From the human T2T-CHM13v2.0 reference genome, Homo sapiens, in NCBI RefSeq assembly GCF_009914755.1, contig NC_060938.1: a stretch of 64,000 nucleotides of DNA. One strand, 5' to 3'. Shown here piece after piece: positions 26,940 to 41,378 of this stretch. A program made the translations under genes and the position numbers. Position 1 is the first letter of the stretch. Every line of letters starts with the position of its first letter. The notes beneath the pieces are model-generated. The model ran no database searches. It saw only the letters and a program-made list of their open reading frames with translations, and had not been told where the DNA came from.

Positions 26940-27184
26940 CTTTTAAAAACCATTTATTCTTTTGAATATGTGACATATTCACATGGTACAAATTTGAAAT
27001 GCTACAAAAAACTATAGAAAGAAGCATAATTTTCCTTCCTCCCTGACCCCAGTCCCCATAGAAGCCATGTGATTTATGTTTTGTGTTTGACTCTCCAGAG
27101 AGAGTCTTTGCACATATGTGTACTCACACAGAGCACACTCTCTGTTCTGCACCTTGCTTTTTCAACTAAAAGTGTATCTTTGAG
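26940..27184 (-). mobile_element. L1ME-type 3' end
   Basis: catattcacatggtacaaatttgaaatgctacaaaa...ctgttctgcaccttgctttttcaac. Confidence 0.65.
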
Positions 27185-29062
27185 GGGACTTACTTGCCTA
27201 AGAAAAAAAAGCAGGTGCACTTTCCTCTATTCATCCTGTTAAGTGCAACTAAAAGCCTAGGCATTGTATGCAAGACAAACATACGGAGTTCCTGCAAGAT
27301 AGAGGGGAAGGCAAAAGGCTAGAGACCTCAGAACCCAGGGAATAACATGGTGGTGGGTTCCTTGGGTTTTCTTTTTGCCTCATATATCCCAGAATTGGAT
27401 GTGAAGAAGCCAGCACTCCCAGAAACATGAACAGGAGCAGACAAAATCGAAGCTCAAACAGAATCTGCTCCCAATAACTACTCTACATTAGCCAAACACT
27501 TTACACACAAAAACTTGAAGCCTCTAACCTCACTCATGACAGAAAAGGGCAAAAGAAGAGCCTAGATTTTCAGTCTCATGATGTTTTAACAAGGCACTCC
27601 AATATTCCTACTGATGTCAGAGGTGGCCAGTTAGGAAGCCAAGAATTTCATTCCTACCAGCTGACAATGAGACCTCCTTCCCAGCAATATCACTAGAGAC
27701 CATGTGGGGAGCCTGGACTTTCACTCTCACCCAGCAAAATGGAGAGCCCCCTTCTCAAGTATCAACAAAGCCAAATGTGAACTCAGGAGTTCTATTTCTG
27801 CCTAAAAATGACAAGGCAGTGTCCCCACTTCCCCTGCTAGAGCAGTCATTAAAAATAGCTAAAACACTCAGATTCATAGCCTCATTGCATAAAACTAAAA
27901 TGTCCAGATCTTAAAATAAAATCACTTGTCATATCAGAAGCCAAGAAGATCACAGACTGAATGAGGAAAGACATTTAATAGATACCAACACTGAAATGAC
28001 AGAGATATTAGAATAATCTGACAAAGATTTTAAAGTATCATGATAAAAATGCTTCAACAAACAATGATAAACAGGCTTGTAACAAATGAAAACATAGAAA
28101 GTTTCAGCAAAGAGATAGAAAGACAAGGCAAAAATTGAAAGATATAAAGAAGAATTAAAAGGTAAACTTAGAATTGAAAAATACAGTAACCAAAATAAAA
28201 AGTTCAGTGTTCAGTGGATGGGCTGAACAGAAAAATGGAGGGGATAAAGAGAATAATTAATGAACTGGAAGATAGAACAATAGGGATTACTCAGTCTGAA
28301 CAACATAGGAGAAACTGAATGTGAAATCATAAACAGAGCTTCATGGACCAGTAGAAACTCAACAAAAATCTAAAATTTGTGTCACTGTGGTCCCAAAAGG
28401 AGAGACAAGAATTGTGCTGAAAAAGTAGTCAAAGAAATAATAATAGCTAAAACTCCCCAAAGTTGGGAAAACATACAAACCTACAAAGTCAAAATGCTGA
28501 GCAAATCTCAAACAGGATAAACCAAAGAAATCCACACCAAGACACATCATATTTTAAATTTCTGAAAACCAAAAACATGAAAAAAATCTTAAAAATGGCC
28601 AGAGAAAGACAATATCTTACCTATAAAAGAAAAACAAATAGAATAACAGTGAATTTCTCATTAGAAAATATGGAGGCCAGAAGGAAGTAGCACAATATTT
28701 TCAGGTGCTGAGAGCAAGAACTGTTAATCCAGAAACCTACATCTAGTGAAAATATCCTTTAAAAATGTATGAGAAATGAAGACATTTTCAGATGAAGGAA
28801 AATTAAGAGAATTTGTCATCAGCAGACCTGCCCTAAATAGTGGCTAAAGACAGTTCTCTAAACAGAAAGGAAACAATAAAAGAAGGAATCTTGGAACATC
28901 TGGAGGGAAGAAAGAACATGGCTAAGTGAAAATATGGGTAATAAAATAGGTGGTCTTTCTCCTCTTTGGTTTTCCAAACTGTGTTTGATGTTTGAAGCAA
29001 AAACTCTAGCATTGTCTGATGTGGTTCTAAATGTATGTAGAAGAAATAGTTAAGAAAATTAT

Positions 29063-29434
29063 TAATCTAGTTTGGCTCTGTGTCCCCACCCAAATCTTAT
29101 CTCTAATTGTAATCCCCACTTGATGAGGGAGGGACATGGTGGGAGGCTATTGGATCATGGGGGCAGTTTCCCCCATGCTGTCCTTGTGATAGTGACAGGG
29201 AGGGAGTTCTCACAAGACCTGACATTTTAAAAGTGGCAGTTTCCCCTCTGCATTCTCTTTCTCCTGCCACCTTGTGAAGAATGTGCCTGCTTCTCCTTTG
29301 CCTTCTGCCATGATTGTGAGTTTCCTGAGGCCTCCCCAGCCATGCAGAACTATGAGTAAGTTAAACCTCTTTTTTAAAATAAATTGCCTAGTCTCAGGTA
29401 TTTCTTTATAGCAGTGTGAAAATGGACTAATACA
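29063..29434 (+). mobile_element. THE1D-like solo LTR
   Basis: gtttggctctgtgtccccacccaaatct...GGACTAATACA; perfect TSD ATTAT. Confidence 0.95.
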
Positions 29435-31346
29435 ATTATATTATACATGGGGGAGAGTTAAGGGTCATTAAGGGAAGTGAGGTATCATCCTTTACTCAAA
29501 CTCTAAAAATGGTGATAAGAGTAGACTGTAATAAATTATGTATATAAAGTAATATCTGGAGCAATCCTAAAAAAAAATACCCTACACAAAGAGATGCACT
29601 AAAAAACACTATAGATAAATCAAAACTCTACATCTTTGTAAATCTAAAAATGTCCACATAACCCACCAGAAGGAAGAACAAAACAGAGAACAAACAGAAA
29701 AATAAGACTTAAGGCCTATCATGTAAATAATCACACTCAAACACATCAATTGAAAAACAGAGATTAGTAACATGACTCAACTATATTCTGCTTACAAGAA
29801 ATTCACTTGAAGCTAATGATACAGGCAGGTTAAAAGTAAAATGATAGAAAAAATATATATCCATGCAAACATTAATCAAAGGAAAGCAGGAGTCGCTATG
29901 TTAATATAAGACAAAGTAGGCTTCAAAGATAATTATCTGAGCTAGCAAGGGATATCATACAATGATAAGTCAATTTACCAAGAAGAAATAGTAATTCTAA
30001 ATGTGTATGTCTCAAACAACAGAGCTGTAAAATGTGTGAAGCAAAAACTGATAGAGCTGAAATAAGAAAGAGACAATTCATAGTTATAGTTGAAGAATTC
30101 AACATATATTTCTGAACAATCGATAGAACTAGAAAGAAAACCATCAAGAATATACAAAAACTCAACACAATCAACCAACAGAATCTAATTGGCATTTATA
30201 GAACACATCACCCAACAAAAGCAAAATATACATCTTCTTCACATGCTTAAAGAATATACCAAGATAGACCATAGCCTGGGCTATAAAATAAACCTCAACA
30301 AATTTAAAAGAAATGAAAACATACAGAGTATGTTCTTCAACCATAATGGAATTAAACTGGAAGTAAATTACAGAAAGATAACAGATAAAATCTCTAAACA
30401 TTTGGAAACTAAACAGCATACTTCTAAACAATTCATGGTTCAAAAAGGAAGTCTTAAAGGAAATGAAAAATTACATTGAAATGAATGGAAGTGAAAATAT
30501 GACCTAAAAAATTTGTTGGACACAGCTAAAGCAGTGTTGAGAGGGACAAATTTAGCAGTAAATTCATACTCAAGAAAAGAAGAAAAGTCTCAAATCAATT
30601 ATCTAAGCTCCCACCTCAAGAAACTAGAAAAATAAGAGCAAAAGAAACCCAAAGTAAGGAAAAAGAATGAAATAATAAAGACAAGAACAGCAATCAATAA
30701 AACTGAAAACAGAGAGCAATAGAGAAAAGTCAATAAAACAAAGAGTTGGTTCTTTGAAAAGATACATAAAATTGACAAACCAGTAGCAAGACTGACCAAA
30801 CAAACAAACAAAAAACTAAAACAAAAAATAAAGATGACACAAATTAGCAATATTAGGAATGCAACAGAAAATAACACTATAGATCCTGCAGGCATCAAAA
30901 GGATAATAAGGAAATACTTTGAACTCTACACACATAAATTTTAAAACTTAGGTTTAATAGACCAATTCCTCAAAAACCCGCAAACAACCACTATTCACTC
31001 AATATGAAGAAAATAATTTGGGTATACCTATAACTATTAAGGAAATTATATTTGTAATTTTAAAACTACTCCCCAACATCTCCAGATGTTTCACTGAAGA
31101 TGAAACATCCCGATGTTTCAGTGGAGAATGCTATCAAACATTTAAAGAAGAATTAACACAAATTCTATATAAATTTTTCCTAAAAACAGAAGAGAAGGGA
31201 ACACTTCTCAATTCATTTTACAAAGTTAGTATTACTCTCTATTCAAACTGGACAAAGTCAATACAAAAAAAGAATGCTAAGACCAATATCCTTCATGAAT
31301 ACAAAGCCAAAAATCCTTAACATTATATAGCAAATAGAATGCAGCA

Positions 31347-31649
<303 letters not shown>

Positions 31650-33899
31650 TTCAGCAGCATATAGTAGGACAAAGTGGGATTTATTCCAGGTATGTAGGGA
31701 TGGTTCAATTTTTAAAAGTCAATCAATGTAATATACAATATTAATAGGCTAAAGAAAAATACTACATGATAATACCATTCCATGCAGAGAGAGGAATATG
31801 ATAAAATACAACCCCAATTTTTGATTTAAAAATATTAGGAAAATAGGAATAAAGGAAGGAAGAAACTACAACTAACCTTATATTTAATGATCAATAACTG
31901 AATAATTTTTCCCTAAGATCAGGAACAAGGTAAGTATGCTCACTCTCACCACTTTTATTTAATCTACTGCTGGCAGTTCTAGCCAGTACAATAAGACAAG
32001 AAGTAAAAATAAAAAAAGCATACAGATTGGAAAGAAAGAATAAAACTGTTTTTATTGCAGATGACATGATTGCCTATGTAGAAAATCTGAAGAAATATGC
32101 CAAAAAAACCTCCTAGAAATAATAAGAGAGTTCAGCAAGGTCACAGGATGCAAAATAAACATAGAAAAATCAACTGCCTTTCTACATACTAGCGGTGAAC
32201 AACTGGTAACTGAAATTAAAAATACAATAGCATTTACAATCACATAATAAAAGAAATAGGTATAAATCTAACAAAACATGTAAAAGACATTTGTGCTAAA
32301 AACTACAATCCACTGACGAAATAAATCAAAGAAGATCCAAATAAACGGAGAGACATACCATGTTCATGAATCGGAAATAGTAAAGATGTCAATTCTCACC
32401 AAACTGACGTACTGGTTTAAGGCCATTCTCATAAGATTCCAGAAAAATATTTTGTAACTATAGACAAAATTATCCTAAAATGTATGTGGAAAGACTAAGA
32501 AACTAAAAATGCCAAAACAATTTTGAAAGAGAATCAATCTGCCCAATTTGAAAACATAGTATATAGCTACAGTAATCAAGACTGTTTTATTGGCAGAGGG
32601 ACACACACCTAGATAAAAGGAACAGAATAGAGAACCCAGATATAGTTTACATAAATATTCTCAAATGATTCTTGAAAAGGCACACAAGCATTTAATAGAA
32701 GAAAAGTAGCCTTTACAACAAATACTGCTGAAGCAATTGTACATACACAGGTAAATAAATAAACCTTGACCTATCTGACACCTTATACAAAAGTTAACTC
32801 AAGATGCATAATGGACTTAAATACAAAATGTTATGCTATAAAATTTTAAGGAAATAAACACAGGAGAATATCTTCAGGACATAGGACTAAGGAAAGAGTT
32901 CTTAGACCTGACACCAAAAGCATAATTCATAAAAGGGAAAGTTAATAAATTAAACTTTATCAAAATGATAAAGTTTTACTTTGCCAAAACTCTGCAGAGA
33001 TCATACACTAAATTCTTATATGTATTTTGGCCTATTTCTGTAACATTGATCTGCTTTTCTGTTCATGTGCCAGTAGCACAGCCTTAAAGACTAATACAAC
33101 TTTAAACAGGCACAATGAATATAGACAATGAATAAATGAACCTTTAAAAATTATGTATTTTGTTTTGTGAATATCATAAGTATATGTCATTGCATTTTTT
33201 ACATTCAAGGTGTTGGTTTAGTCAGTGTATGTGTTTAAAATACAGCATAATTTTGGTAACTGTTATAGGATTTCCTAGTTTTTTAATGTGTTCCCTAAAA
33301 TATGTAGAAGTTTCCTAGTCTTCTTGGTCCCTGAGATGCCTTGCTGGAAGATGGTATAAAAATGGTATAATAAAAGAATAGAAAACAAGAGGAAGTGATG
33401 CATGAGCAATGAGCCCTTAAATATTAGGGACTAAAAACACGGCCCCACAAATGCTAGGCTCCAGTCCACACCCCTGATAGGACCTTAAGTTCTTTGTTGG
33501 TCTATCCTCAGCACTGAGAATTATACCTGCCACATAGTAGGTGCTCAACAATTTTGTGTTAAATGTAATTTCCTGGGGAAGAAATGAATCAGAAGTAAGA
33601 GAAAGGCAGAGTCCACCCTAGCACTTCCACTGGGTAGGGAACTATTGGTAGAATTTCCTCCTTTTCTATAGAAATGGGAGACGTAGCCTTGCTTCCCCTC
33701 CAAATTTCCAGGTGGTCTTTCTCACTTGATCTGAGGATAAAAGACAAGGAGCTCATAACGGGTCCCAGCATCTTAAAGGCAACTTTCCAGTGTGTATATG
33801 GGGGTGGTTAGAACTAGGATTAGAACTGGCCTGATGACATGATTGCTGATAATCTCACTGGATAGGGGGTAATGCTTGGAGCTCACAGGTTTTTGAGAA

Positions 33900-34140
33900 G
33901 TGGTGTGCAGTGTTGAAAACAGCATGGGCTCTGGACTCCGAGAGATCCAGGTTTGAAGCTATTTTCTGCCACCTAATAGCTGTGTGTCTTTTACTTCTGT
34001 CATCTAACCTCTCTGAATCTTTGTTCCTTTGGGAGAAAATTATCTTAACTTGATCTACCTTCTCAGGCTACGATGAGAATAAAGTGAAATGTTTGTAAAA
34101 TATTTACATACTTAGTAGTCAGTCAGCAAATGCTTGTTAA
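33900..34140 (+). mobile_element. MIR
   Basis: gtgttgaaaacagcatgggctctggactcc...ctgccacctaatagctgtgtg. Confidence 0.8.
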
Positions 34141-34244
34141 ATTCTTTAATGGAACAAATATGAAATCTTTATCATTTTAGGTACTAATTGGAAAGATGTG
34201 GGTTCAAAGTTGAACTGATGAAAGTTCATCTCATGTGTCTTTCA

Positions 34245-34680
34245 GGATGATTTAAATAGACTCAAACTAGACTGAAAAATAAAGAAATTGATTATCTGAC
34301 TACCCAGGAAATCTAGAGGGAGGGCAAGCATCAGGAGTGGTTGGTTCAATGGTTCAGAGACCTCTTCCATCTCTGCTTCACACTGGCTTCATCCTAAGGG
34401 TGGCTCCCTTCATACTTACTAGATTGCTGCATAGAAACCGAGGTCATACATAGAACAACATCATTAGCTCAGGAGACCCTCACCCCACACAAATCATATA
34501 CTCACCCATAAGCAAGCGGCATAGCCACCAAACAACACACGTTGCTTGTTGGAGGTAGTGAGACTGAGTCCTGGAGCCAGGGATGTGGTCACCTTTCCCT
34601 GCGTGGACAGAAAATTACATGGATAAAATTGGGATTCTATTAGAAAGGAGAAAGGTGGCAATGATGCTGAGTGGATGCTC
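34245..34680 (-). mobile_element. Old MLT1K/L-like LTR, degraded
   Basis: ctcaaactagactgaaaaataaagaaattg; tggcttcatcctaagg; aaaattgggattctattagaaaggagaaagg. Confidence 0.55.
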
Positions 34681-36059
34681 CAAAGTTTGACCAGCTGAAA
34701 CTGTAAGCAACTTTTATTTAATCTCCTGAGATTTAGTTTTATCATTTGTAAAATAAAGAGTAAATCAACCCTATAATCTCTTATTGGGTTTTTTAAATGA
34801 TTGCATGAGAGCATATATATAAAGCGCATTGCCCTGAACCTAGAATGTAGAAGGTGTTGAATAAATGCATAGATATTTTTATTCTTTAGGGTACTGAACT
34901 ATGGTTTCCAGAGCAGTTAGAGTTCTTAATTTCCACATGGGGAAACTGAGGCTCAGAGACATTGTGTGACTGTTCATGGTCTGCACAGCTGGGAGAACAC
35001 ATCTGACACCAGACTGCTAGATCCATGGCTCCTGGTGATGTGATCCATGTCCTCCAGTTCCCCCCGCTTTCAGGGGGCCCCAGGGGAGAATGTGAAGCTC
35101 CTAGCGGGTGGGGGATGGCTGCAGCAGCAGGCAGGGAAGTCACAGGATGGCCCTTTCTTGTTTTGGCCCCACAGTGGGTCTACCAAGGAGGCGCTGACAT
35201 CCTCTCTCAGCAGCTCAGCGCATATGAGCCCCAGGAGTCCCAGGCTGCCCAGACCTGCTTACTCAGATAGGCTTCCCAACCCTTCCAACGCCTGACCAAG
35301 AAAGAAAACCTCCACATAAGCATCTCGCTATTGCCTTCATGTTCTGCTCAGGAAGTGGCCCTCGGGGAGCAAACTCCAATAAACCACCTTCAGAAAATGG
35401 AGCTGGTGACTGGAGAGGCCAGCCCTTGCCTCTGGAGAATATGCTGACACTGGGCTTCCTCCTGCAGTGACAACATCAATCAGACCCTCCCACAAAAAAA
35501 AAAAAATGCTGAATTCATCTAAGTAAAGGGTCCCTTCTGAGGTCCCGCTTCCCATTGCAGGCTGAGCCTGCCCTTTTGGGTACTTGACCCCTTCCTTATT
35601 ACCTGCAGTCCTTTCCCACAGTGGGAAATAATCTTGGATTTGATCTGCCATCTGCGCACAGGGAGGCATGCTGGGGTGGAGGAAAGAAGGCAGGAACTCA
35701 GATTGGGGTCAAATCGTAGTTCTGCTACTTCCTAACTGTGTGACTGCAGCCAAGTTACTTAACCTCGAGCCTCAGTTTTCTTGTCTCTACAATGAGCATA
35801 ATAATTCTGCCTACTTCTACCTAAGTTGTTTCACATCATGCCTGGCAATTAATAAGGACTCATTAAATAGCATTTTTTTAAAAAAGGAAGTTCCATATTT
35901 GGCCTTATAATTTATATGTGTGTTAGGAAAATCCACTATCTATTCAACAGGCATTTATTGAATGCCTTCTATGGATCAAGCATTGTACTAGTCACTGGGG
36001 ACATTATGAGAAAACAGTTATTGAGTCTTGTTGGGGAAACAGTATTATTCAACTAAACA

Positions 36060-36750
36060 CAAAGATGTTTATTAAACAAATGTGTATTTAGGCACCTAAG
36101 CGCTATACAATTGTTAATTCATCTGATCCTTATAAAAATCACACGAGGCAGATACTATTCATTCCCCTACTTTACAAAAAAGAAAATGGGGGCATAGATG
36201 GATTAACTTGCCCAAGGTCACCTGTATCAGTTAGCTATAGCCACATAATAAACCAGCCCCAAAAGTTAGTGCCTTAAAATAACCATGTATTGGTTCTCAC
36301 AAGTTGTTGGCTGGGTATCAGCTCTGATCCAGGCTGGGCTCAGTTAGGCGGTTCTCCTGTTCTCATCCATGTGCCTGTGGCCCGTAGGGGCTTGACTCTG
36401 CTCCACATGCCTCTCCTCCTCTTCTGAAAACATCAGGCCAGTCCAGGCATGTCCTTTTTATAGGGATGGCAGAAGTACAAGAGAGTGAGCAGTAGATTCA
36501 GAGCTGGTATCCTGTCATTTCCCCCCTAATTCCACTGGTTAAAGCAAAGCAAGTGGCCAAACACAGGGGCAGGCAGCAAGCCCTGCCCACAGGGGAGGGT
36601 ACTGCAAACTGGCATGTTAAGGGTAAGCAGAGATGAGTGAGGAACCAGGGTAATGATGCAGCCCTGCACATCACCTGCCCGGTAGGTGGTGGGGCCAGGT
36701 GTGCACTGGCAGTCTTGATCCAGTGTCCTGCTCTTATGCATTAAGCTTAA
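36060..36750 (-). mobile_element. MIR split by an MLT1H-like LTR, itself nested within L2 (about 35935-36910)
   Basis: ttaacttgcccaaggtcacc | LTR | tcacctgcccggtaggtggtggggccagg continues the MIR. Confidence 0.75.
36223..36670 (-). mobile_element. ERVL-MaLR solo LTR, MLT1H/I-like
   Basis: TGTATCAGTTAGCTAT...GCACA; perfect TSD TCACC. Confidence 0.85.
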
Positions 36751-37374
36751 CTGCCTCTTGTGTGTGTACAAATGAGATAAATGCTGGGAAAGACAAGCAT
36801 GGGGTAACATGAGTGTAAATCACAGGGGAGTGCTGGAGTCTGGGTAGTCTGGAAAAGGTCTTTCTGAGGAAGTCATGTTTGAGAGGAAAAGGATGCATCC
36901 AGGTTAATGCAGCAGAGATCACACTTTGTGCCAAGGTTGCAAGGTGGTTTCACTTCCTAGCAGGGGAGGGAGGGCCTTTGCAATGCCCCCTGACCACCCT
37001 TTGCAGCCCCCCAGCCTCCAAATATGTCCTCTCATCCAACGAGCCTGTGCTCTGCCTAGCCACGCAGGACTGCTGACCTTCCAGAGACAACCCTGGGCCT
37101 GCTGTCTTCCATTGGTCAATGCTCCCTCCTGGACTCCCCTTCTTCTTCCGAGGCCAGGCTCAAAGGCCCTCTTTGTGGAGCAGCCTGCCCTGATCCTCCA
37201 GGTAGAATTCACCCCTTACTACCACCAGCCACCGGACCAGTCACGCATTCTGACCACGGAATGCATCACACAACTTTGTAGTGATTGGCTTTACGGAATA
37301 ACACAAAAGATGGTCATTGAGCACGTACTGGTTGGACTTCCACACTGGACCCTGAGTCTCTTGAAAGTGTGGGC

Positions 37375-37658
37375 ACATACACACACACATGCACACACGT
37401 GTCCCCACAAATGTACACACACACACAATGCACACGCACACACCACGAAGAGGTGATGTGAAGAGGAAGGTGGAGATTGGAGTCATGTGACCTCAAGCCA
37501 AGGAATGCCTGCAGCCACGAGAAACTGGGGGAAGCAAGAAATGGTTTCTTTCTTGATTCTGGACTCATGGCTTCCAGAATTTGAGATAATACATTTTTTT
37601 TGTTTTAAGCCACTCAGCTCGCAGTGAATTGTTACAGCAACCACAGAAAACTAATATG
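37375..37658 (+). mobile_element. MLT1D-like LTR 3' half with a CA-rich expansion
   Basis: gtggagattggagtcatgtgacctcaagccaaggaatgcctgcagcca...gttacagcaaccacagaaaactaata. Confidence 0.8.
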
Positions 37659-38714
37659 CCCCTCTTTGTCCATTAAAGGAAGAAAATTCCACCAACATTT
37701 TAGCCTTCTTGGAGGAGCTGGGGAAAGGGCTCAGCCTCGGCTCCACCCATTCAGGCAGAATGACTTATAGGATGGGCCCATCTTACCCATGGGTGCTTCA
37801 GAAGCAAAAGTAAATCAGGCTCTTCCCTCTCTTCCCAGCCCTGCGGGCCCCTGCCTGCTCTCAGGGGAGCTATGGCTGGTTCCTCTTTCCTGTCCCAGAG
37901 AGCTAAGCCTTTGTTCATCCAATTCCAGTGACTCCAGAGAGATTCCCCAGCTCTGTAATCAGAAACACCTTGTGGTGTTGTGGCCTTGTGGCCATCTGGT
38001 CTTTGCAATTCCAACCCCAACTTCATGGAAGCAAATGGTCAGGTCAGACCACCCTGTCACTAGAGAAGGGAAGAGGCAGGAAAACCAAAGCCACATGCTT
38101 TGGCAGAGATCCCAGGAGAGTGGTCCATCAGCCTACTCAGACGCACACTCGTGTGTGAGGCTCGCCATGGAGACAGGTGCAGAGGACTCTGTTCTCTGTT
38201 TGGGGAGCTCATGGATCAATAAGGCATCATCCAAGCATCATTCAGTCATTCATCAAACATGCCTGGCAAGCCTCCTCTGTGCTGAGGACTGCACCAGCTG
38301 AGGCCAAGGGAGGCCATGGTTAGAGCAGGCTCTGGTGCCACACTGGCTGGGGACACGGTTCTGCCGTGACAGCCCTCGCTTTGATGATGCAACATGGGGA
38401 CAATAATAGCACCTGCCACTGGAGGTTGGGGTGGGATTGATTGTTTACACCCCCTCATTCAGCCCCTTTCCCTCCAGAGTTCCTGCCAGTGGATTCTGCA
38501 CACAGGACACTGAACCAAGAGAGGCAAATATCGGCTTTGTTATCTTTGTAGGGCACAGCACTTCTTGGTACACTGAAAGTGGCTTGGCCCCCAGGTCAAA
38601 ATGCAAGTCTTCCCCATGAGTACAGGGGCCTTCCTAGCTGCTCTGCCTGCTTGCTGGTGGAGATGCTGGACCCAAAGGGGCAGAGGCTGGCTTTCAGCCT
38701 GTGAGCAGAAGAAC

Positions 38715-38850
38715 ATGGGTTCTTATTCCAGGCACGCTGTGTGGCCTTGGACAGGTAGCTTAACCTCTCTGAGCCTCAGCTTTCTCATCTCCAAAAAGAT
38801 CATTATGTGGGTCTTCCTGTGTGGCTGTGATGACAAAAACTGAAGAGAGG
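38715..38850 (+). mobile_element. MIR core
   Basis: ctgtgtggccttggacaggtagcttaacctctctgagcctcagctttctcatct. Confidence 0.8.
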
Positions 38851-41039
38851 CTCTCTGTGGTGGCCCTATCCTCAGTGTCCCCCACAAACAGGTGCACTGC
38901 AATTCCCTCCGTCCTCTCCTGAGACAGAGTCTGAGCCAAGGACACTGTCCCAGGCTGGCAAAGCAGGGGTGCTCCTGAAGCTCGTCCCTCCACCCCACCA
39001 CCCACCTCTTTCCTACCATGCCCCAGTTCTGGCCCTGCTCTTTCTGTTTCAGGCCTTTCCCTTCTTCCCCTTCCGCTTCTCTGCAGCTCCTGGCTGGGCC
39101 CCTTCATCTTGTAAACGCTGCAATGAGAGCCCTGACAGCCCCACTGGCTCCCTGGAGAGGGAACAGTCACTGAATAAGAAAATGTCTATTAAGGCTGGGC
39201 TGGAGCTCCCATCATTCACATGGCATCGGCTGCATTCAGCAAATGGGCTTAGACTGTACTCACATCCTTAATGGGAGACTGGGACAGAAATAAAGCAAGC
39301 AGGAGCTCTGGGACAGCCTGGGGGCAGAGGGGGAGCTCAAGGAGCTCTGCTACTTTCCACGTCTGTGATCATGGGCACCTCCCTTCTGTCTCTGCACCTC
39401 CATACTTCCATCTGGGAAATGGGGCAACCCCCTTCACTCTGCTGCATTAATGTGAGGCTTTGACCATTCGCTTGAAAAACCCTTGATTTTATTCCTTGAA
39501 GACTCTATGCATTCAGCAAGATCGTTTGTCCTGAGAGTGACCGAGAGGCTGCCCTGGCCCCTGGGGCTGCAGAAAGGGCGGAGAGCCAGGAGCCTTGGTT
39601 CTGGGTCCCACTCCTGGGCCTGCAGCCTAAAGGAATGACAACTCAGCCCTGCCCTTTCCTTCAGCGTACATGGTGGGAACCTCCCAGCACAGCCAGCTTC
39701 AGTCTCACCATCAAGAGGTCCTCTAGGCCCTGCGTTGTGCCGGAGCAGGTCAGGGAATGGCTTCCCCTCCCGGTCTCCTCCCTTCTCCTCTCCTCTCCTC
39801 TCCTCTCCCCAGGCTGCAGCACACAGCAAGCCCCTCCCCCAGGGTGCTCCTCCTCCCCGGCTGGCTGGTTGAGGCAGGGGTTGTTGTTTTCATCCCACCT
39901 TCCTCTGCCATCTTCCCTGTGGGCTAGTCAGCAAACATGTGGTTAGTCTGGGGTCACGCTAATGTCCTCAAATCTCAGTTTTCAGGGAAGTTACTCCTTC
40001 CCTTAATGCCACACTTCCTTAGCCAGAGGTCCTCCAGGGTAAGACCAATGGGAGCAAGTCCCAAGCCAGGGGATCCGGGTACCAGCTGTCCTGACTGCAG
40101 GCTGTCACCTCTCACTCCAGCTGCTGCTCTGACTTCCTCCCATCACCTCTGGACAGCTTTGAATGGCCTTCGGGGAGCTGCACCTTCAATTTCCAGTCCA
40201 AATATGGACCAGAGGAACCACAAACACAGTTGGCTTAAGGCTGTTGGGTTAAGAGACTTTTCCGAGTTTTGAGTGCAACATACAGGAATTATTTTAAAAG
40301 AAGCATCTAAATATCAGTATGGGATCTTGCTGCTCCTGATGTTCCTTGGTCTTGACTCTATTTGGAGGGAAAGAAGGAAGTGCCTCATGGACATTTCCTC
40401 CTTTTAGTCCCCAGTTGTACCAAGTTGTAGCATCCTGCCCTTTGCCATTTGTGCCCCACACCCCCCCCCCCAATTCTCTAATTCTGTCACTGGATCCTAC
40501 TAGAGGAAGCATTAGTTCATGGCAGCAATTGGGTTCCCTGTGAAGCTGTCCCAGAGAAGTTTAGCCTGAGGCATCCCTGAAAGGGCTGACAGCATGCCCA
40601 GCAAATGGGCGACAGGTCCTTCCCTGAAGAGGGTTCCGGGCGGTACATCTCCCAGCCCATCACTGCTCACACCTTAATTATGTCTGCAGGGATCACCTTG
40701 TCCACAGTAAAGACAGTCTTTGACATTTTTACACAAAACAGTCACTGCATTGGGATTATTCAGCGCTGCTCCAAGAACACCGGGTAAACACTGTCCTTAC
40801 AATTGTCTGGAGCACCAAAATGACCACAATATTGTACCTTCTGGAACAAAGCTGGAGTCAGCCCAAAGACAGGGTCCGGTTCCATTCCCAGAGCCACCAA
40901 GAGCTGGGAGATCAGAAGTATTTCTCTCCGAAGCTTTGGTGCTCCACGCTATACCCACGCAGACCTCCCAACCTGCATTTCTGTGGAGGCTGTGATCACT
41001 GACAGGCTGCCTATTTTTCGTGGCAGTCCCAGGCTTACT

Positions 41040-41378
41040 TACACTCTATCCTTTCACCAGGGAAAAGGCAGAGGGTTTCTTTGCCAGTAATTTGCATTCC
41101 TGTTAAATTTCATTAGCTCTAATTGGTCTGGCCTGGGTCATGTGCCCATTTCTGAACCAATCACTGTAGCTAGAGGAGAATGCCATGCTCTGATTGGCCA
41201 GCTATTCATGTTGCTATGCCCATCCCAGGAGAGGAGAATGGAGAACAGAGTTTGAGTCAGAAAACTAATCTTGGATTTAAGAATGGGGAGGGGTGGTTCT
41301 CCAAGGAAATCTGGGGTGCTGTCACTAAAATGAATGGAATGGATGCTGAGCAGGCAGATAAAAGAGGAATCTACTCAG
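41040..41378 (-). mobile_element. Old MLT1K/L-like LTR fragment
   Basis: attggtctggcctgggtcatgtgcccatttctgaaccaatcactgtagc...ggaaatctggggtgctgtcac...ggatgctgagcaggca. Confidence 0.7.

Noticed and set aside
33900-33990. tRNA-like A/B box sequences at MIR heads
   Set aside because: These are tRNA-derived SINE heads and do not form a cloverleaf.
36926-37456. Longest ORF (176 aa)
   Set aside because: It has a non-ATG start, no recognisable domain, and runs into L2-like sequence and the CA repeat of an MLT1 LTR (HTHTHAH).
37789-38301. 170-aa ORF
   Set aside because: No recognisable homology or exon structure, and it ends in an L2 fragment. This length is within chance expectation.
41120-41200. 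Three CCAAT/ATTGG boxes at about 35-bp spacing
   Set aside because: They appear to be inherited from the MLT1K-like LTR consensus, so they are not independent evidence of a promoter.
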